From: a virus
Lineage: Duplodnaviria > Caudoviricetes
IMG/VR virus record: IMGVR_UViG_3300031998_000008
Location: 128,001 to 192,000 of that record
Reading direction: 5' to 3' (one strand)
Length of the DNA: 64,000 nt
Positions within the stretch are counted from its first letter, which is position 1, and every line of letters starts with the position of its first letter. This document shows positions 63,008 to 64,000 of the stretch, one piece after another. The notes under the pieces are model-generated. The model was not told the origin of the DNA and searched no databases. It saw nothing but the letters and a program-made list of their open reading frames with translations. The position numbers and the translations under genes were made by a program.

Positions 63008-64000
63008 ATGGCAAAAATTAAAAATAAGCTTGAAAACGATAATAGCCATTATTTTACACAATGGGGCTCTAGAAATGTAAAACTTACATTTAACGAAGAA
63101 ATGGACAATATACTTGGCGCAAAGCCTACCATTGCAGGTGTGTCATTTAAAGAAGAAATTGTTGGAAATACGAATACAATGGAAACATTTAATGACGGGA
63201 TGATTCCAAGCCATACTAGAGTTAGAGATATGTACAAAATTGGACGAACCATGTCTGATAATCATGGCGTTTCAATTTGCGGTGTTGGACAAATTGAGTC
63301 AATTGTGGCCGGTAGAAAATCGGCAAAGGCAATTGGAACTTTAACAGTAAAAGTTGTGTATAATGGCGAATATAGCGTTTTTACTTGCATAGCAAATGGA
63401 AAAGATTTTTCAATTAACTGTGAATATGATGAGCCAAAACCATGTGACGAACCGAATTGCATAAAGAAAACATTCGAAGGCCAAAAAAAACTTACAAAAA
63501 AAGAATTGGAAGAATTAAAAATAATTGCTGCGATAAAAATTTATCCATATTCTTTAGAAAATCCAAATTTTAAATTTTATTTTAATAACGAACTACTTGA
63601 CCCATTTGATGTTATGTATGGTGATGTTGTTGATGACAGATTGAAAAGGTTCAAAAAGGATTATAATCTTAAATTTCATAACAAAACAATATCTTGTAAA
63701 CTACATATGATTGATTGTGCAAGATATGTAAAACCAAACGGGTTTGAAATTGACGAAGATAACGCAAACGATTTTGACAAATTTTATAGAATGTCAAGTG
63801 ATTGCACCGGCGCTTTTGTTAACTATGACAATAATCTTGTTATGTATGGCGGTGAATCTTCGTGGGGGTTCTTTGGAGATAAATACCATTCAACACACAA
63901 CGGGCAAAAAGTAATGCTTACTTTTGGATGTAATAATGACTTAAAATCTGAAATATTTTCAGAAAGTCCCGACAAGAAAAATGTAAAATTCGGAATTCAA
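63008..64000 (+). CDS. GHKL/HATPase_c-like ATPase (partial, runs off window)
   Basis: Manual translation MAKIKNKLEND..FNEEMDN..FNDGMI..GVSICGVG. Confidence 0.5.
   Translation, partial: MAKIKNKLENDNSHYFTQWGSRNVKLTFNEEMDNILGAKPTIAGVSFKEEIVGNTNTMETFNDGMIPSHTRVRDMYKIGRTMSDNHGVSICGVGQIESIVAGRKSAKAIGTLTVKVVYNGEYSVFTCIANGKDFSINCEYDEPKPCDEPNCIKKTFEGQKKLTKKELEELKIIAAIKIYPYSLENPNFKFYFNNELLDPFDVMYGDVVDDRLKRFKKDYNLKFHNKTISCKLHMIDCARYVKPNGFEIDEDNANDFDKFYRMSSDCTGAFVNYDNNLVMYGGESSWGFFGDKYHSTHNGQKVMLTFGCNNDLKSEIFSESPDKKNVKFGIQ

Noticed and set aside
1-64000. Genome-wide TAG reassignment (code 15)
   Set aside because: Long genes are intact under code 11 with no in-frame TAG; only the suppressor tRNA and one uORF hint at amber use

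Overview
64 kb segment of a very large, AT-rich T4-superfamily (jumbo/Lak-like) phage genome, read in the standard genetic code. The host is probably Bacteroidota, based on TTTG-N20-TAnnTTTG promoters, a GNENY..AA tmRNA tag and a PID-CTERM-like protein. 1-21 kb: head module (major capsid protein, scaffold, prohead protease) and large modular proteins that look like capsid cargo. 15-39 kb: ClpC, ClpP, Hsp20, IF-1, Dam-like MTase, UvrD, primase, nuclease, ThyX, amidase and a Pth2-like protein. 39-53 kb: a dense RNA-gene island with about 30 canonical tRNAs (including an amber suppressor and Leu-AAG), a permuted two-piece tmRNA, many aberrant tRNA-like RNAs and unknown ncRNAs. 53-64 kb: ART-like, ArdC-like and GHKL proteins. 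The main finding is a 14-copy RNA element: a ~7-bp helix usually capped by G.A, followed by (U/A)ACAGCA(A). It occurs (i) as 51-56 nt mini-introns whose removal exactly restores tRNA anticodon arms, (ii) split around circularly permuted tRNA genes, and (iii) split around isolated anticodon stem-loops or an anticodon-less tRNA body. This suggests an undescribed phage tRNA splicing, circularisation or modular-assembly system. The island also carries sigma54-type promoters, boxA sites and codon-matched leader peptides. All protein calls come from motif recognition by eye; no searches were run.
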